This document shows, in pieces, positions 21,831 to 31,530 of a stretch of 64,000 nt of DNA (position 1 is the stretch's first letter; the number at the start of each line of letters is the position of its first letter). The stretch comes from Acidimicrobiia bacterium (GTDB taxonomy: Bacteria; Actinomycetota; Acidimicrobiia; Spongiisociales; ZC4RG35): assembly GCA_965203555.1 (NCBI GenBank), contig CBDBCY010000002.1, positions 1 through 64,000 of the forward strand, written 5' to 3'. The translations under genes and the position numbers were made by a program. Under the pieces are notes generated by a model. It was not told the DNA's origin. It did no database searches and saw nothing but the letters and a program-made list of their open reading frames with translations.

Positions 21831-21850
21831 TATCGAACATATGTTCGATA
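21831..21850. promoter_or_regulatory. LexA (SOS) box
   Basis: Perfect 20-bp palindrome TATCGAACATATGTTCGATA, matching actinobacterial TCGAAC-N4-GTTCGA, 14 nt upstream of the radical SAM start. Confidence 0.92.
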
Positions 21851-21940
21851 CGCAAACCTGGGGACGGCAAAACTGAGGCGGGCTATCGGGAACGCTTGCG
21901 ACAGTCGTACAATGTCAAATTGACGGCGGAAGGAAATCGT

Positions 21941-23089
21941 TTGGAGTCTCCCAGCATCTATGCAACAGATGATCTGGCGGCGATTCGCGCCGAGACCAGA
22001 CGGTTTGTGGAGAAGGAAGTAGTTCCCTACGGGGAAAAGTGGGAGAAGGAGGGACGGGTGCCCCGTGACCTGTTCGCCAAGTTGGGGAAGATCGGGTTGT
22101 TCGGACTGCGAATACCCGAATCAAGGGGTGGGGTGGGCTTGGGTCACCTTGCGTCGGCGGCTGTGGCCGAGGAGTTGGGAAAGAGCACCTTCGGGGGAGT
22201 GATGGCCAGTGTGGCGGTACATGGCGAACTGGCTCTGCCCTATCTGTACCGCTATGGATCCGCCGAGTTGCAGGACCGGTACCTTCCCGGCATGATGACC
22301 GGCGAGTTGATCGGCGCGCTGGCGGTGTCCGAACCGGACGCAGGATCCGACGTTGCGGCCATGAAGACCCGGGCGATCCGCGACGGGGACGAGTTCGTGG
22401 TGAACGGGACGAAGATGTTTATCTCCAACGGCGCCAGTTGTGACGTGGTGGTGCTGTCCACCAAGACCGATCTGGAGGTGGCGCCCCATCGAGGGATAAG
22501 CCTGTTCATGGTTGAGAAGGGGACTCCCGGATTCTCGGTGAGCCGGACTCTGGACAAGCACGGGTGGCGATCCTCCGACACGGCCGAATTGGTGTTCGAG
22601 GACTGTCGGGTGCCGGCGAGAAACCTGATCGGCGAGCCCAATCGGGGCTTTTACGCCATTATGCGCAATTTCCAGAACGAGCGACTGGTGCTGGCGGCCG
22701 CCGCCTTGGGCGAGGCCAAGAAAGCCCTGGAAATGACCGTGGAGTATGTCAAAAACCGCCGCGCTTTCGGAAGGGTCCTGTGGGCCAAGCAGGCTATCCG
22801 CCACAAACTTGCCGAGCTGGCGGCGGCCGTTGAAGCCGGGGCGCAACTCGTCAACCATTCGGCGTGGTTGCTGGATCAGGGGCAGGGGGCGGTCCGGGAG
22901 GTTTCCATGGTGAAGGCATTCATGAGCGAGTTGGTCAACCGGGTGCTCTACAGTTGCGTGCAATTCCACGGGGGAATGGGCTATATGCGGGAGTCGGCCA
23001 TCGAAAGGATGTCCCGGGATGCCCGCTTGCATCCGATAGGTGGCGGCGCCACCGAAGTGATGCTGGAAGAGATCGCCAAGAAAATGTGA
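21941..23089 (+). CDS. Acyl-CoA dehydrogenase
   Basis: ALAVSEPDAGSDV, NGTKMFISNG, RRAFG, QFHGGMGY, IGGGATE; start uncertain. Confidence 0.93.
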   Translation: MESPSIYATDDLAAIRAETRRFVEKEVVPYGEKWEKEGRVPRDLFAKLGKIGLFGLRIPESRGGVGLGHLASAAVAEELGKSTFGGVMASVAVHGELALPYLYRYGSAELQDRYLPGMMTGELIGALAVSEPDAGSDVAAMKTRAIRDGDEFVVNGTKMFISNGASCDVVVLSTKTDLEVAPHRGISLFMVEKGTPGFSVSRTLDKHGWRSSDTAELVFEDCRVPARNLIGEPNRGFYAIMRNFQNERLVLAAAALGEAKKALEMTVEYVKNRRAFGRVLWAKQAIRHKLAELAAAVEAGAQLVNHSAWLLDQGQGAVREVSMVKAFMSELVNRVLYSCVQFHGGMGYMRESAIERMSRDARLHPIGGGATEVMLEEIAKKM

Positions 23090-23112
23090 GCGGGCCGCTT
23101 CGGCTGTTTGAG

Positions 23113-23757
23113 ATGGACCAAGAGCGCCTGCGCACCCTTCGCACCGACTATGAGAGCGCCGGGCTGTCCCGGTCCGACCTGACCCCTGATCCGTCCCGGT
23201 TGTTCGCCCGCTGGTTCTCGGAGGCATTGGAAGCGGGATTGCAGGAGCCCCACGCTTTCATTCTTGCCACCGCCGGCCCGGATGCCAGACCCTCGGCGCG
23301 GACGGTCCTGATGAGAGGGTCGGATCTGCGGGGAATCGTCTTCTACACCAACTACGAAAGCCGCAAGGGGTCGGAACTGGCCTCCAACCCTCGTGCGGCC
23401 GGGGTCTTCTTGTGGCTGCCCCTGCATCGACAGGTTCGGGTGGAGGGCCGGGTGGAGAAGATAACCGCAGAGCAGTCCGACGCCTATTTTCGGTCCCGTC
23501 CCGGCGGTTCCCGCTTGAGTGCGGTTGTCTCTCCGCAAAGCCGGGCGGTGCCCGACCGGGCCTGGCTGGAGGAACGGATGGAAGAGCTATGGGGACTGTA
23601 CCCCGACGGGGATGTTCCCCGACCTGCCGGATGGGGCGGCTATCGCATCGTGACGGATTGCTATGAGTTCTGGCAGGGCAGGCCCAGTCGGTTCCATGAT
23701 CGCTTCGAATATCGGCTGCGGGACGGCGGCTGGGTGGTGGAGAGGCTCGCTCCCTGA
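23113..23757 (+). CDS. pdxH: Pyridoxamine 5'-phosphate oxidase
   Basis: FYTNYESRKG, RQVRVEG, EFWQGRPSRFHDR, RLAP; alternative GTG start at 23086. Confidence 0.95.
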   Translation: MDQERLRTLRTDYESAGLSRSDLTPDPSRLFARWFSEALEAGLQEPHAFILATAGPDARPSARTVLMRGSDLRGIVFYTNYESRKGSELASNPRAAGVFLWLPLHRQVRVEGRVEKITAEQSDAYFRSRPGGSRLSAVVSPQSRAVPDRAWLEERMEELWGLYPDGDVPRPAGWGGYRIVTDCYEFWQGRPSRFHDRFEYRLRDGGWVVERLAP

Positions 23758-23790
23758 TAAAACGGACGCAGATACGAGCCCAGTTTCGAT

Positions 23791-25266
23791 TTACGGGCTC
23801 TCCCCGTCGGCGATGTGACCCTCTTCGACATGTTCCTCTCTCATCAACAGGGCTGGCAGGATGGCCAGCAGGGATAAACACCCCGTGATCACAAAGAGGT
23901 TCTGGAACACGGTGACGCCGGCGCCCACCAACACGGCCTCGGTTTCTTTGAACGTCGGTCCGAGCTCGAAGTCGCCGGTCAGGCTGTAGAAGCGTTCAAT
24001 ACCCCACGCGGACAGGGCGGCCAGCCCCAGCGCCATCCCCACCATTCGCGATGCTGTGACCAGGGAGGCGGCGGCGCCCCAGTAATTGCTGGGGGACGCG
24101 CTCAGAGCGCTGACGCCTATGGGAGGGATGACCAGCCCGAATCCCAAACCCGCCGAGACCAGGGGCAAAGTCAGCCGCAACTCCTCCACCTGCGTCTCCC
24201 AGGTACTTATGAACAACAGGCCCACTCCCATCAGCACGAGGCCTGATATGCACACCGATCTCACTCCGGTCCAGCGAAGGATGTAACCTCCCACCACCGC
24301 TCCCACCGGAATGGCGGCCGTGAGGCGGAGCAACTGGAGGACGCTCTCCAATGCCCCCTTCTCCATGACGGTTCCTGCCATCAGCGGCACGGACACCAAG
24401 GCAATGATCAGGGCCACCCCCACCAGGAACTGGGTGCCGTTGGAGGACAGGAACGCCCTGGATCTGTACAGGAAAGGGGCCAACAGCGGCTGATCCGTCC
24501 GTCTTTCGAGAAGGACCAGTGCGGCGACCAGGAGTCCCCCCACGACCACCAGTAGATACGGGATGACGGACGTTGCTGAAAAGAGGCTTCTTTGGGACAG
24601 CCCGGCGGTCAGAAAGATGAGTGCTCCTCCCATCACCATCGCCCCGAAGTAGTCCATCTTGGCTTTTGGATTGGCGCGGTTCGGCAAGAGGGCCATGAGC
24701 GCGATGAGAATGAGACTCTGGGGTACGTCCAACCAGAATATCCACCGCCAGCCGAGCAATTCGATGATGGCGCCTCCGTAAAGAGGGCCCAGGACGGACC
24801 CGGCTTCAGCCGCGGCGGCCACCAGTCCTATCGCGATGCCTCTTCTCTGCGGAGATACGGCCGCCACTGCCATGGCCAGGCCTATCGGGACGGTGGCGCC
24901 TCCGCCGATGGCTTGGGCAACCCTGGCGGACACTATCCAACCGAAATTCGGCGCTAGTGCCACGAACGCCGATCCTACGGCGAACACGAGCAGGGCGGCC
25001 TGGAACATCTTGACGCGGCCGTGGACGTCCGACAGGCGCCCTCCCATCGGCATGGCGACGGTGTAGGCGACCAGATAGGCGGTGACGATCCATGCCGCTT
25101 GGTCCAGGTCCGTGAGGGGGATTTCCAGGTCCACCATCACGCCGGGCAAGGCCGCCACCACCACGGTCTGATCCAAGGCGGTTGAGAATACTCCCAGGCA
25201 GAGAATTCCTAATACGACCGACTCGGAAGAAGCTAGGGTGGTGAGACGATCCCTAAGCCCGCTCAC
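23791..25266 (-). CDS. MFS transporter, P55/Rv1410c-like
   Basis: ALDQTVVV, WIVTAYL, GRLSDVHGR, AAAEAGSVLGPLYG, ALSAWG. Confidence 0.9.
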   Translation of the reverse strand: MSGLRDRLTTLASSESVVLGILCLGVFSTALDQTVVVAALPGVMVDLEIPLTDLDQAAWIVTAYLVAYTVAMPMGGRLSDVHGRVKMFQAALLVFAVGSAFVALAPNFGWIVSARVAQAIGGGATVPIGLAMAVAAVSPQRRGIAIGLVAAAAEAGSVLGPLYGGAIIELLGWRWIFWLDVPQSLILIALMALLPNRANPKAKMDYFGAMVMGGALIFLTAGLSQRSLFSATSVIPYLLVVVGGLLVAALVLLERRTDQPLLAPFLYRSRAFLSSNGTQFLVGVALIIALVSVPLMAGTVMEKGALESVLQLLRLTAAIPVGAVVGGYILRWTGVRSVCISGLVLMGVGLLFISTWETQVEELRLTLPLVSAGLGFGLVIPPIGVSALSASPSNYWGAAASLVTASRMVGMALGLAALSAWGIERFYSLTGDFELGPTFKETEAVLVGAGVTVFQNLFVITGCLSLLAILPALLMREEHVEEGHIADGESP

Positions 25267-26003
25267 GGCCCGGATCCGACGTCCGGAAGTTGGATGTCGA
25301 CCGGTACGTCCACGCCCACGATTTTCAGATGACGAACGGTATCCGGAGCGTCGTCATCGTAGACTCGGCCCACGATCTTGATCTGCTCCAAAGTGTGCCC
25401 GGTTTCATCGATCCAAAAGGTCAAGGTCACTGAATGACCCGGGCTGGCGGTGGTGATGAGGGACAGCAACACGTCGGACGTAAGGCTTGCCTCGACCACA
25501 ATTACTGGAGCGCCCCCCAACGACTCCCGCCCGGTGACGGTTGCGTCCTCGATCGTGTTGAGCAGATCGCGCAGGGTCAGGCCCAATCCTGCGAATTTGA
25601 AAGGCACCTGATCTAAGGGCAAGGGGTTCCACGGAGCGTCTTTGGAGAGTTTCAGGAAGGCCTCCTCACCGACCGCCAACATTTCGATTTCCACAAAGCC
25701 GAAACCCGGCGCCTCCACGTCCACCACCATCCGGAAGCTGTCGGGCGCCTCTATTTCTGCTTCCATGCTCTTGAATGTCGTCCCGAAGAACTTGGCGCCC
25801 GACTCCTTTTCGTCGACCATGTTGAACTCCAGGGTGGATGTGGCGGCCAGATTCTCACCCGCCCTCGACAGCAGATCAGCCAAGTCGACGTCCGGCGCGG
25901 GACCGGGCTCGGGCTCTCCTCCACAGGCGGCGGCCGAGAACAGGACAACCACTATCAGAACAGTGATCGACAGCCGGCGACGAAGTGTCCTGGACAGGTT
26001 CAT
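25263..26003 (-). CDS. LppX/LprAFG family lipoprotein
   Basis: Lipobox AAA-C; LolA-like beta pattern, TFWIDE, C-terminal VPVDIQLP; overlaps the MFS gene. Confidence 0.75.
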   Translation of the reverse strand: MNLSRTLRRRLSITVLIVVVLFSAAACGGEPEPGPAPDVDLADLLSRAGENLAATSTLEFNMVDEKESGAKFFGTTFKSMEAEIEAPDSFRMVVDVEAPGFGFVEIEMLAVGEEAFLKLSKDAPWNPLPLDQVPFKFAGLGLTLRDLLNTIEDATVTGRESLGGAPVIVVEASLTSDVLLSLITTASPGHSVTLTFWIDETGHTLEQIKIVGRVYDDDAPDTVRHLKIVGVDVPVDIQLPDVGSGP

Positions 26004-26247
26004 CTCCTCACTCTCCTCGACTCGGAATCCCGCGACGAGGCACCGATCTCACGGGGAACGGAGCATTCCTCCCACGCCGCGGTGCCCATGGGCGGTGGGC
26101 GCGTATTACACTGCTCGCAACGGGAGGCGTGATAGACGGCACCCGTACTCTGGTCATCGTCTCTCTACCTTAGCGTATGTATCCGCAGGGACTCCGTAAA
26201 GGGAACCAATCCGGACCAGCGTGGAGAAAACGGCCCCGACCCTGGGT

Positions 26248-26733
26248 TCAGGCCCGACCGGATGGAGGATACAGTATGTCTGTCAGGCTCTGCATGACCT
26301 GCTTGATCTTCTGGTAGTCGCGGCTGATGGTGGCGACGGTTGTGCCAACCGAATGGCCGTGGGATATCCGGTTGCGGTTGTTGGTAACCGTGTCGATGGC
26401 ATCGCGGCTTCTGTCGTCCAGCTTCGTCTCGCACTCGCTCCGCCATCCGCTGTCGAATTGTCCCAGCAACTCGAGCAACGTCTCGGCCTTGAGGTTCCGC
26501 CCTCGTTGTAGCTGTCCCTCGGCATATCGGGCAACAGGAGGTGATGTTCTCTCGGCTATGTACATTGCCAACAATTGCTGAACGGACTGTTCCATGTAAC
26601 CGTAGACCAGGACAGTGAGATACCGGGCAAAGTCAGCCTGCAGTTCGAAATCATCCGAAGGGAGGTCCTTGACTCTGTCGAAAGCAGCGTCCAGCCGTTG
26701 TTCACGGCTGAGCAGATCTGCGCCACGCGTCAT
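26248..26733 (-). CDS. HEPN domain protein (RiboL-PSP-HEPN / MAE_28990-like)
   Basis: YGYMEQ and the Rx4H motif NNRNRISHG. Confidence 0.85.
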   Translation of the reverse strand: MTRGADLLSREQRLDAAFDRVKDLPSDDFELQADFARYLTVLVYGYMEQSVQQLLAMYIAERTSPPVARYAEGQLQRGRNLKAETLLELLGQFDSGWRSECETKLDDRSRDAIDTVTNNRNRISHGHSVGTTVATISRDYQKIKQVMQSLTDILYPPSGRA

Positions 26734-27869
26734 CGCACGGTGGCAAAGGTGTCTTTGGAAAGATGGAGACGGGTCATCACGTTGGACTTTTGAGCTGTGC
26801 CCGTGCTGACCGCGTCACGGTACTCCTTCTTCTCTATGAGTTGGGAGTGGGCCGCTTTGAGAGCCGCATGATCGGTGATCGGCCCGATGTCCATTCGGTG
26901 CGCCACACCGACAAAGATCGATTCCAGCACGGCGGCGTTCAGACGTCCCTCCTGCGGCCGGAAAGCGTCCGGGCCGATCCCGGTGCGGATCTGGTCGGTG
27001 GTGTCTTCGAAGACCGTCCTCAGGGATTTCAGACGTTCGCGGTTCGGATTTCTGTTGTCACTCATGTAGTTGTTCAGGAAGCCCTTCATGGGTGGGTGGT
27101 AGTGTTCACCCTCCTCGTACATGGCGAGACTGCGGAGGATCAATTCCTGGTCCTTGAGCCTTTTGCTCTCCGCCGGTCCATAGAGGAGTCTCCAACTGTC
27201 GCTCCGGTTCAACTCGGAGAGGAGTTTCATCAGCTTTCCACCGTAGAGGGCTACCCGGATCTCTTGGGGATTGAGTTGGGTCCCTCCGGTATTGAGTCGC
27301 TCGAAGATCTGATAGATGCTGGCCTTGTCCTCGGTCGGAACGTCTTCGCGTACCACGGTTGCATGGATCAGGTTGTTGTCAAGCCTGCGGCGGTCGGCTG
27401 GAAACAGGTCGGCGTAGGACTTGTCGCGGTACTTTTCGTGGACTCTGCCCAGAGAGGGGCCGTTGTCTGTGCAGTATTCCTGCAGGCAACGGAGCCGTTG
27501 CTGTCCGTCCAATACCAGATATGTGTGGTTGGGTTCCGCTACCAGGAATATCCCGGGTACCGGGAAGCCCAGCAGGAGGGATTCGATGAACTTGTCCTTT
27601 TGGGGTTTGCTCCACACGGACCGCCGTTGAAAGCCCATGACCTTCGATCCGTCCTGGGGGGTGTGGGTGTCGAAGGACGGGATGAGGATGTCGCCCCGGT
27701 TCAGTCGGGCTACGACGTTGTCCACGGTGAAGTCCGCCCCGTAGGCAGTTATGTCGTGACGGAACGGAATGACCTCCTCGTCAGGTTCGATGTCGTCGAC
27801 GTAGCTCTCCTCATCGAAGGATTGGCTGTGAACAGGCGTTTTGTCAGGCCTGGAGTCTTCCCTCTGCAT
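26730..27869 (-). CDS. DUF262 (GmrS/ParB-like) protein
   Basis: FQRRSVW, FIESLLLGFPVP, LDGQQRL, IFERLNTGG; ATG 27869 after GGAGG; ATGA overlap with HEPN. Confidence 0.92.
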   Translation of the reverse strand: MQREDSRPDKTPVHSQSFDEESYVDDIEPDEEVIPFRHDITAYGADFTVDNVVARLNRGDILIPSFDTHTPQDGSKVMGFQRRSVWSKPQKDKFIESLLLGFPVPGIFLVAEPNHTYLVLDGQQRLRCLQEYCTDNGPSLGRVHEKYRDKSYADLFPADRRRLDNNLIHATVVREDVPTEDKASIYQIFERLNTGGTQLNPQEIRVALYGGKLMKLLSELNRSDSWRLLYGPAESKRLKDQELILRSLAMYEEGEHYHPPMKGFLNNYMSDNRNPNRERLKSLRTVFEDTTDQIRTGIGPDAFRPQEGRLNAAVLESIFVGVAHRMDIGPITDHAALKAAHSQLIEKKEYRDAVSTGTAQKSNVMTRLHLSKDTFATVR

Positions 27870-27968
27870 TTCAATCCCTCCTCTCGAACAGCACGAACAT
27901 AGCATAGCCACCCTCCTGGGTATATGAGCCTGAGTCCCACCGGTGGTAGGCGCCCCTAATCTCTTCCA

Positions 27969-28721
27969 ATGATGCGACTGACCATCCTCGGATCGAGCGG
28001 CACCTACCCGGCGCCTTCCAATCCCGCCTCCGGCTACCTGATCGAGGCAGGGAGCACCCGGGTCTGGTGTGAGGCGGGTCCCGGCACCTTTGCGGCCCTT
28101 ACCCGTGTACTGGATCTGGATCTGCTGGATGCGGTGGTGGTCTCCCACCGTCATCCCGACCACTGCATGGATCTGATTTCGGCCTACCATGCCTTTGCCT
28201 ACGGACCGCACCCACGTCGGGGGATTCCCCTGTACGCTCCTGACCAGGTGTTCTCTTCCTTCCTGTCGTTTCTGGATCAGGGTTGGGAGGGACGATTCGC
28301 TCAGGTGTTCGACCTGCACTTGGTTTCAGAAGGGGAGGACATCGTCATCGGGGACTTGCAGGTGTCCTTCGCCGGTGCAGATCACACCGTCCCCACCGTT
28401 GCCTCGCTATGGAGCGACGGTTACCGATCCATGGCCTATTCGGCGGACACCGGACCGCAGGGGGACTGGACAAGACTTGTCCAGGATGCCCATCTGTTCC
28501 TGTGCGAGGCATCCATGGGCGCCGCGCCGTACCAAAGGCCGATACCGCATCACCTGACCGCCGAGCAGGCCGGCCAGATCGCCCGGGAGCGGCGGGTTCA
28601 GCGGCTCATGCTCACCCATATCCCGCCCCACATCGACTCTCCGAGAGCGGTGGCGGAGGCGGAACGTTCCTTCGACCGCCCGGTGGCTCTGGCCGTACCC
28701 GGAGCGGCTCATCGAATATGA
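27969..28721 (+). CDS. MBL-fold metallo-hydrolase (Rv1339-like)
   Basis: SHRHPDH, YSADTG, HLT, LTHI; syntenic with rph-rdgB. Confidence 0.9.
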   Translation: MMRLTILGSSGTYPAPSNPASGYLIEAGSTRVWCEAGPGTFAALTRVLDLDLLDAVVVSHRHPDHCMDLISAYHAFAYGPHPRRGIPLYAPDQVFSSFLSFLDQGWEGRFAQVFDLHLVSEGEDIVIGDLQVSFAGADHTVPTVASLWSDGYRSMAYSADTGPQGDWTRLVQDAHLFLCEASMGAAPYQRPIPHHLTAEQAGQIARERRVQRLMLTHIPPHIDSPRAVAEAERSFDRPVALAVPGAAHRI

Positions 28722-28743
28722 GAAATGTTTAGCCTGGTACCTG

Positions 28744-29457
28744 ATGGAGCGCAAACGACCGTTTGACGAACTTCGAGGAGTCCGCCTGCACATGGGCTTC
28801 ACCGACGCCACGCCCGGTTCGGTGCTGATAGAGATGGGCGGGACCAAGGTGCTGTGCACGGCCACCGTTGAGGAGAGGCGCCCTCCGTGGATCAGTGGAC
28901 GGGACCATGGATGGGTGACCGCCGAATATGCCATGCTGCCGGGGTCCTCCGATCGGAGGATCCGCCGGGACCACTATCAGAAGGGAAGAGCCTTGGAGAT
29001 ATCCAGGCTGATAGGCCGGTCTCTGCGGTCGGTGGTGAATCTGAAGACCATGGGGGAGTGCGCCATCCGGGTGGACTGCGACGTAATCCAAGCCGATGGT
29101 GGAACCCGGACAGCGGCCATCACCGGGGGGTGGCTGGCCATGGCCGAGGCCTTTCGGTGGGCCGGGGAGCAGGGATTTGCTTCCGCGGCGGCCGTTGTCG
29201 ATCAGGTGGCGGCCGTGTCGGTGGGAGTGGTAAGAGGAGTAGTGCTGCTCGACCTCGACTATGCGGACGACAGCAGCGCCGATGTTGACATGAACGTGGT
29301 GATGTCGGGGAGGGGACTGCTGGTGGAGGTGCAGGGCAGCGCCGAGGGGGCTCTGTTCGACCGGGCCGACCTGGATCAGATGCTGGACCTGGCTCACCAG
29401 GGGATCGCCGAGTTGCTGGCCGCCCAGCGGCAGGCCGTGGATTTCCCGTTGTCGTGA
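28744..29457 (+). CDS. rph: Ribonuclease PH
   Basis: GWVTAEYAMLP, RLIGRSLR, DVIQADGGTRTAAITG, DMNVVM. Confidence 0.97.
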   Translation: MERKRPFDELRGVRLHMGFTDATPGSVLIEMGGTKVLCTATVEERRPPWISGRDHGWVTAEYAMLPGSSDRRIRRDHYQKGRALEISRLIGRSLRSVVNLKTMGECAIRVDCDVIQADGGTRTAAITGGWLAMAEAFRWAGEQGFASAAAVVDQVAAVSVGVVRGVVLLDLDYADDSSADVDMNVVMSGRGLLVEVQGSAEGALFDRADLDQMLDLAHQGIAELLAAQRQAVDFPLS

Positions 29458-30047
29458 CGGAGGTCGTCCCGGCGCCCGATCGCCTGGTGGTGGCGTCCGC
29501 CAATCCTCACAAGATCGCAGAGGTCGAAAGAATCTGGCAGGAAATCGGGATCGGAGGCGAGATCGTGAGGGGCCTGAGTTGGAAGGAAGTGGAGGAAACC
29601 GGGGAAACCCTCGAGGAGAACGCTCTTCTCAAGGCTCGGGCGGTGGTTGAGGCAACCGGTATCCCCGCTTTGGCGGACGACACCGGCCTGGAGGTCGAGG
29701 CGCTGGGTGGCGCTCCGGGGGTCCGCTCAGCACGGTACGCCGGAGAGAACGTGATCTACCAGGACAACACCGCCCGCTTGCTTCAAGAGATGGACGGCCG
29801 GTCGCTTCGGTCGGCGCGATTTCGCACCGTTGCGGCCTTGGCCTGGCCCTCCGGTCGGTTCTTGGTGGCCGAAGGTGTCCTGGAAGGCAGGATCACCCGG
29901 GCCGCCCGGGGAGAGGGCGGGTTCGGATACGATCCGGTGTTCGAAGTAGGGGACCGGACCCTGGCCGAGATGACCGCCGCGGAGAAGAATCGCATATCGC
30001 ATCGGAGCAGGGCACTGCGGGCCCTGGCAGCGTTACTCGCCTCGTAG
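29454..30047 (+). CDS. rdgB: dITP/XTP pyrophosphatase
   Basis: ENALLKA, ADDTGL, GFGYDP, KNRISHR. Confidence 0.96.
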   Translation: MTEVVPAPDRLVVASANPHKIAEVERIWQEIGIGGEIVRGLSWKEVEETGETLEENALLKARAVVEATGIPALADDTGLEVEALGGAPGVRSARYAGENVIYQDNTARLLQEMDGRSLRSARFRTVAALAWPSGRFLVAEGVLEGRITRAARGEGGFGYDPVFEVGDRTLAEMTAAEKNRISHRSRALRALAALLAS

Positions 30048-30174
30048 CGGGTTGGTCGGAAGATCCGGCGTTTCTTCCAGGGTCTGTCAGACTTTTAGCC
30101 TCGATAAGGTTATTAACTACATTTAGTATCAAGACTATATTTAGGCTCTTGTGGGGGACGGCGGAAGGAACTGT

Positions 30175-30414
30175 GTGCGTCAGCCTGTGGATCACAAAGG
30201 CGTCATCACTATCGACCCTGCTCGACGCTTCGGGAAGCCGTGCATTCGCAACACACGCATCACGGTTTTTGATGTTGTCAGATATTTGGCGTCGGGCATG
30301 ACCGAGGACGAGTTCTTGGACGATTTCCCCGACTTGACCGAAGAGGACATTCTGGCATGCTATAGCTACCTGGCCGACGAGCGGATGGTACCCAGGAGGC
30401 CCCCGGGGTCGTGA
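30175..30414 (+). CDS. DUF433 antitoxin
   Basis: RFGKPCIRNTRITV, GMTEDEFLDDFPDL..EDI.A. Confidence 0.93.
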   Translation: MRQPVDHKGVITIDPARRFGKPCIRNTRITVFDVVRYLASGMTEDEFLDDFPDLTEEDILACYSYLADERMVPRRPPGS

Positions 30415-30742
30415 GGCTGCTCTTCGACGAGATGCTTTCCTATAGATTGCCTCGCCTGCTGGATGACATTTATCCCGGTTCTGTCCATGTTCGTGATATC
30501 GGATGGAGGCGAGGCCCGATGTCGCTATTTGGGAATACGCTCGGGACTACGACTTCATGGTCACCTCCGAGGACACCGACTACGTTGACCTGATCAAGAA
30601 GCGGGGTTCTCTGCCCAAGTTGATTCTGGTACAAGTTGGGAACGCCCCCACCCGAGATATAGCCGCCGCTTTGAGGAATCAGCACCGCGATCTGATTGCT
30701 TTTGGTCAAGACCCGGATCGAGGTATCTACGAGCTCCGGTGA
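30411..30742 (+). pseudogene. DUF5615 PIN-like toxin, frameshifted near 30503
   Basis: MRLLFDEMLS...HVRDIG continues in another frame as EARPDVAIWEYA...TSEDTDY...GN. Confidence 0.85.
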
Positions 30743-30861
30743 GCTCAATATTCAGGCCTCATTGCTTGGTGGGAGACTGTCCGTCCCGCCTCAAGGGAGC
30801 GCACCGACGTGCTGGACACGGTGGTGCCTCCACGGCACGGGCCGGTTTGCCGCAAAGCGGA

Positions 30862-31089
30862 TCAGGATGCTTGTGTGCGCCAGTCGCGTTCCGTGATGAT
30901 GAGTTCACCGACTTCGGTTTCGTCGATGTCCAGTACCAGGGCAATGAGGTCCCTTGCCATCTCCTCTACTTCCTCAAGCGTCCTGGCTTGGGTGTAGTTG
31001 GCGTCTAAGCCAGGTACCCTGACCACCCACCAATCGCCTTCCCGATAAGTTTCGACTTCGTGGGTTGTTGATGCAGCATCAAACGTCAT
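30862..31089 (-). CDS. HicB-like antitoxin (orphan)
   Basis: REGDWWVVRVPGL...TQARTLEEVEEMARDLIAL. Confidence 0.82.
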   Translation of the reverse strand: MTFDAASTTHEVETYREGDWWVVRVPGLDANYTQARTLEEVEEMARDLIALVLDIDETEVGELIITERDWRTQAS

Positions 31090-31216
31090 CTGAGGATCCT
31101 TGCTCTCTTGGTTATGCTCGCCGTCGCCTTACCGATGCCGCTCGGACGAGCCCCCAAGTCTATGATGCGTCGTTTTTTCTGTCAGGGTGCCGGGTGACTT
31201 GCATGAGAAAGCAAGC

Positions 31217-31254
31217 TATGGCTATAATTGTCCTAGCGATTCTAGCCATATAAT
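31217..31254 (+). promoter_or_regulatory. Inverted-repeat operator and -10 box of vapBC
   Basis: TATGGCTATAATTG-N6-CGATTCTAGCCATA (12/14 dyad); TATAAT at 31249-31254. Confidence 0.7.
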
Positions 31255-31269
31255 CAAAGGAACGATGAG

Positions 31270-31530
31270 ATGCCGGAAGTCGGAATTAGGGTCTTGCGGG
31301 ATAATCTGAGTCGCTATATCAGCAGGGTGCGGGAGGGCGAGGAGGTGATTGTGACCGACCACGGTAAGCCGGTGGCTCGAATCGCGCCCCTCGACCGACC
31401 GGGCCTGCTGGAGCGACTCATAGCCGAGGGGGTTGTCACACCTCCACTTGAAAGAGAACGTACCTCGCCCGGCAATCGGATCAAACCCGCAGCACCCGTG
31501 TCTCCCCTGATTATCGAAGACCGGCGGTGA
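31270..31530 (+). CDS. vapB: Phd/YefM family antitoxin
   Basis: VGIRVLRDNLSRY...GEEVIVTDHGKPVARIAP. Confidence 0.92.
   Translation: MPEVGIRVLRDNLSRYISRVREGEEVIVTDHGKPVARIAPLDRPGLLERLIAEGVVTPPLERERTSPGNRIKPAAPVSPLIIEDRR

Noticed and set aside
28651-28663. TGGCGGAGGCGGA identical to the selC 3' end (possible att site)
   Set aside because: Only 13 bp, GC-rich, encodes VAEAE inside a core gene, and would place rph and rdgB inside the island
30095-30125. dif-like site (GCCTCGATAAG...)
   Set aside because: The XerD arm (TTATGTCAA-like) is missing
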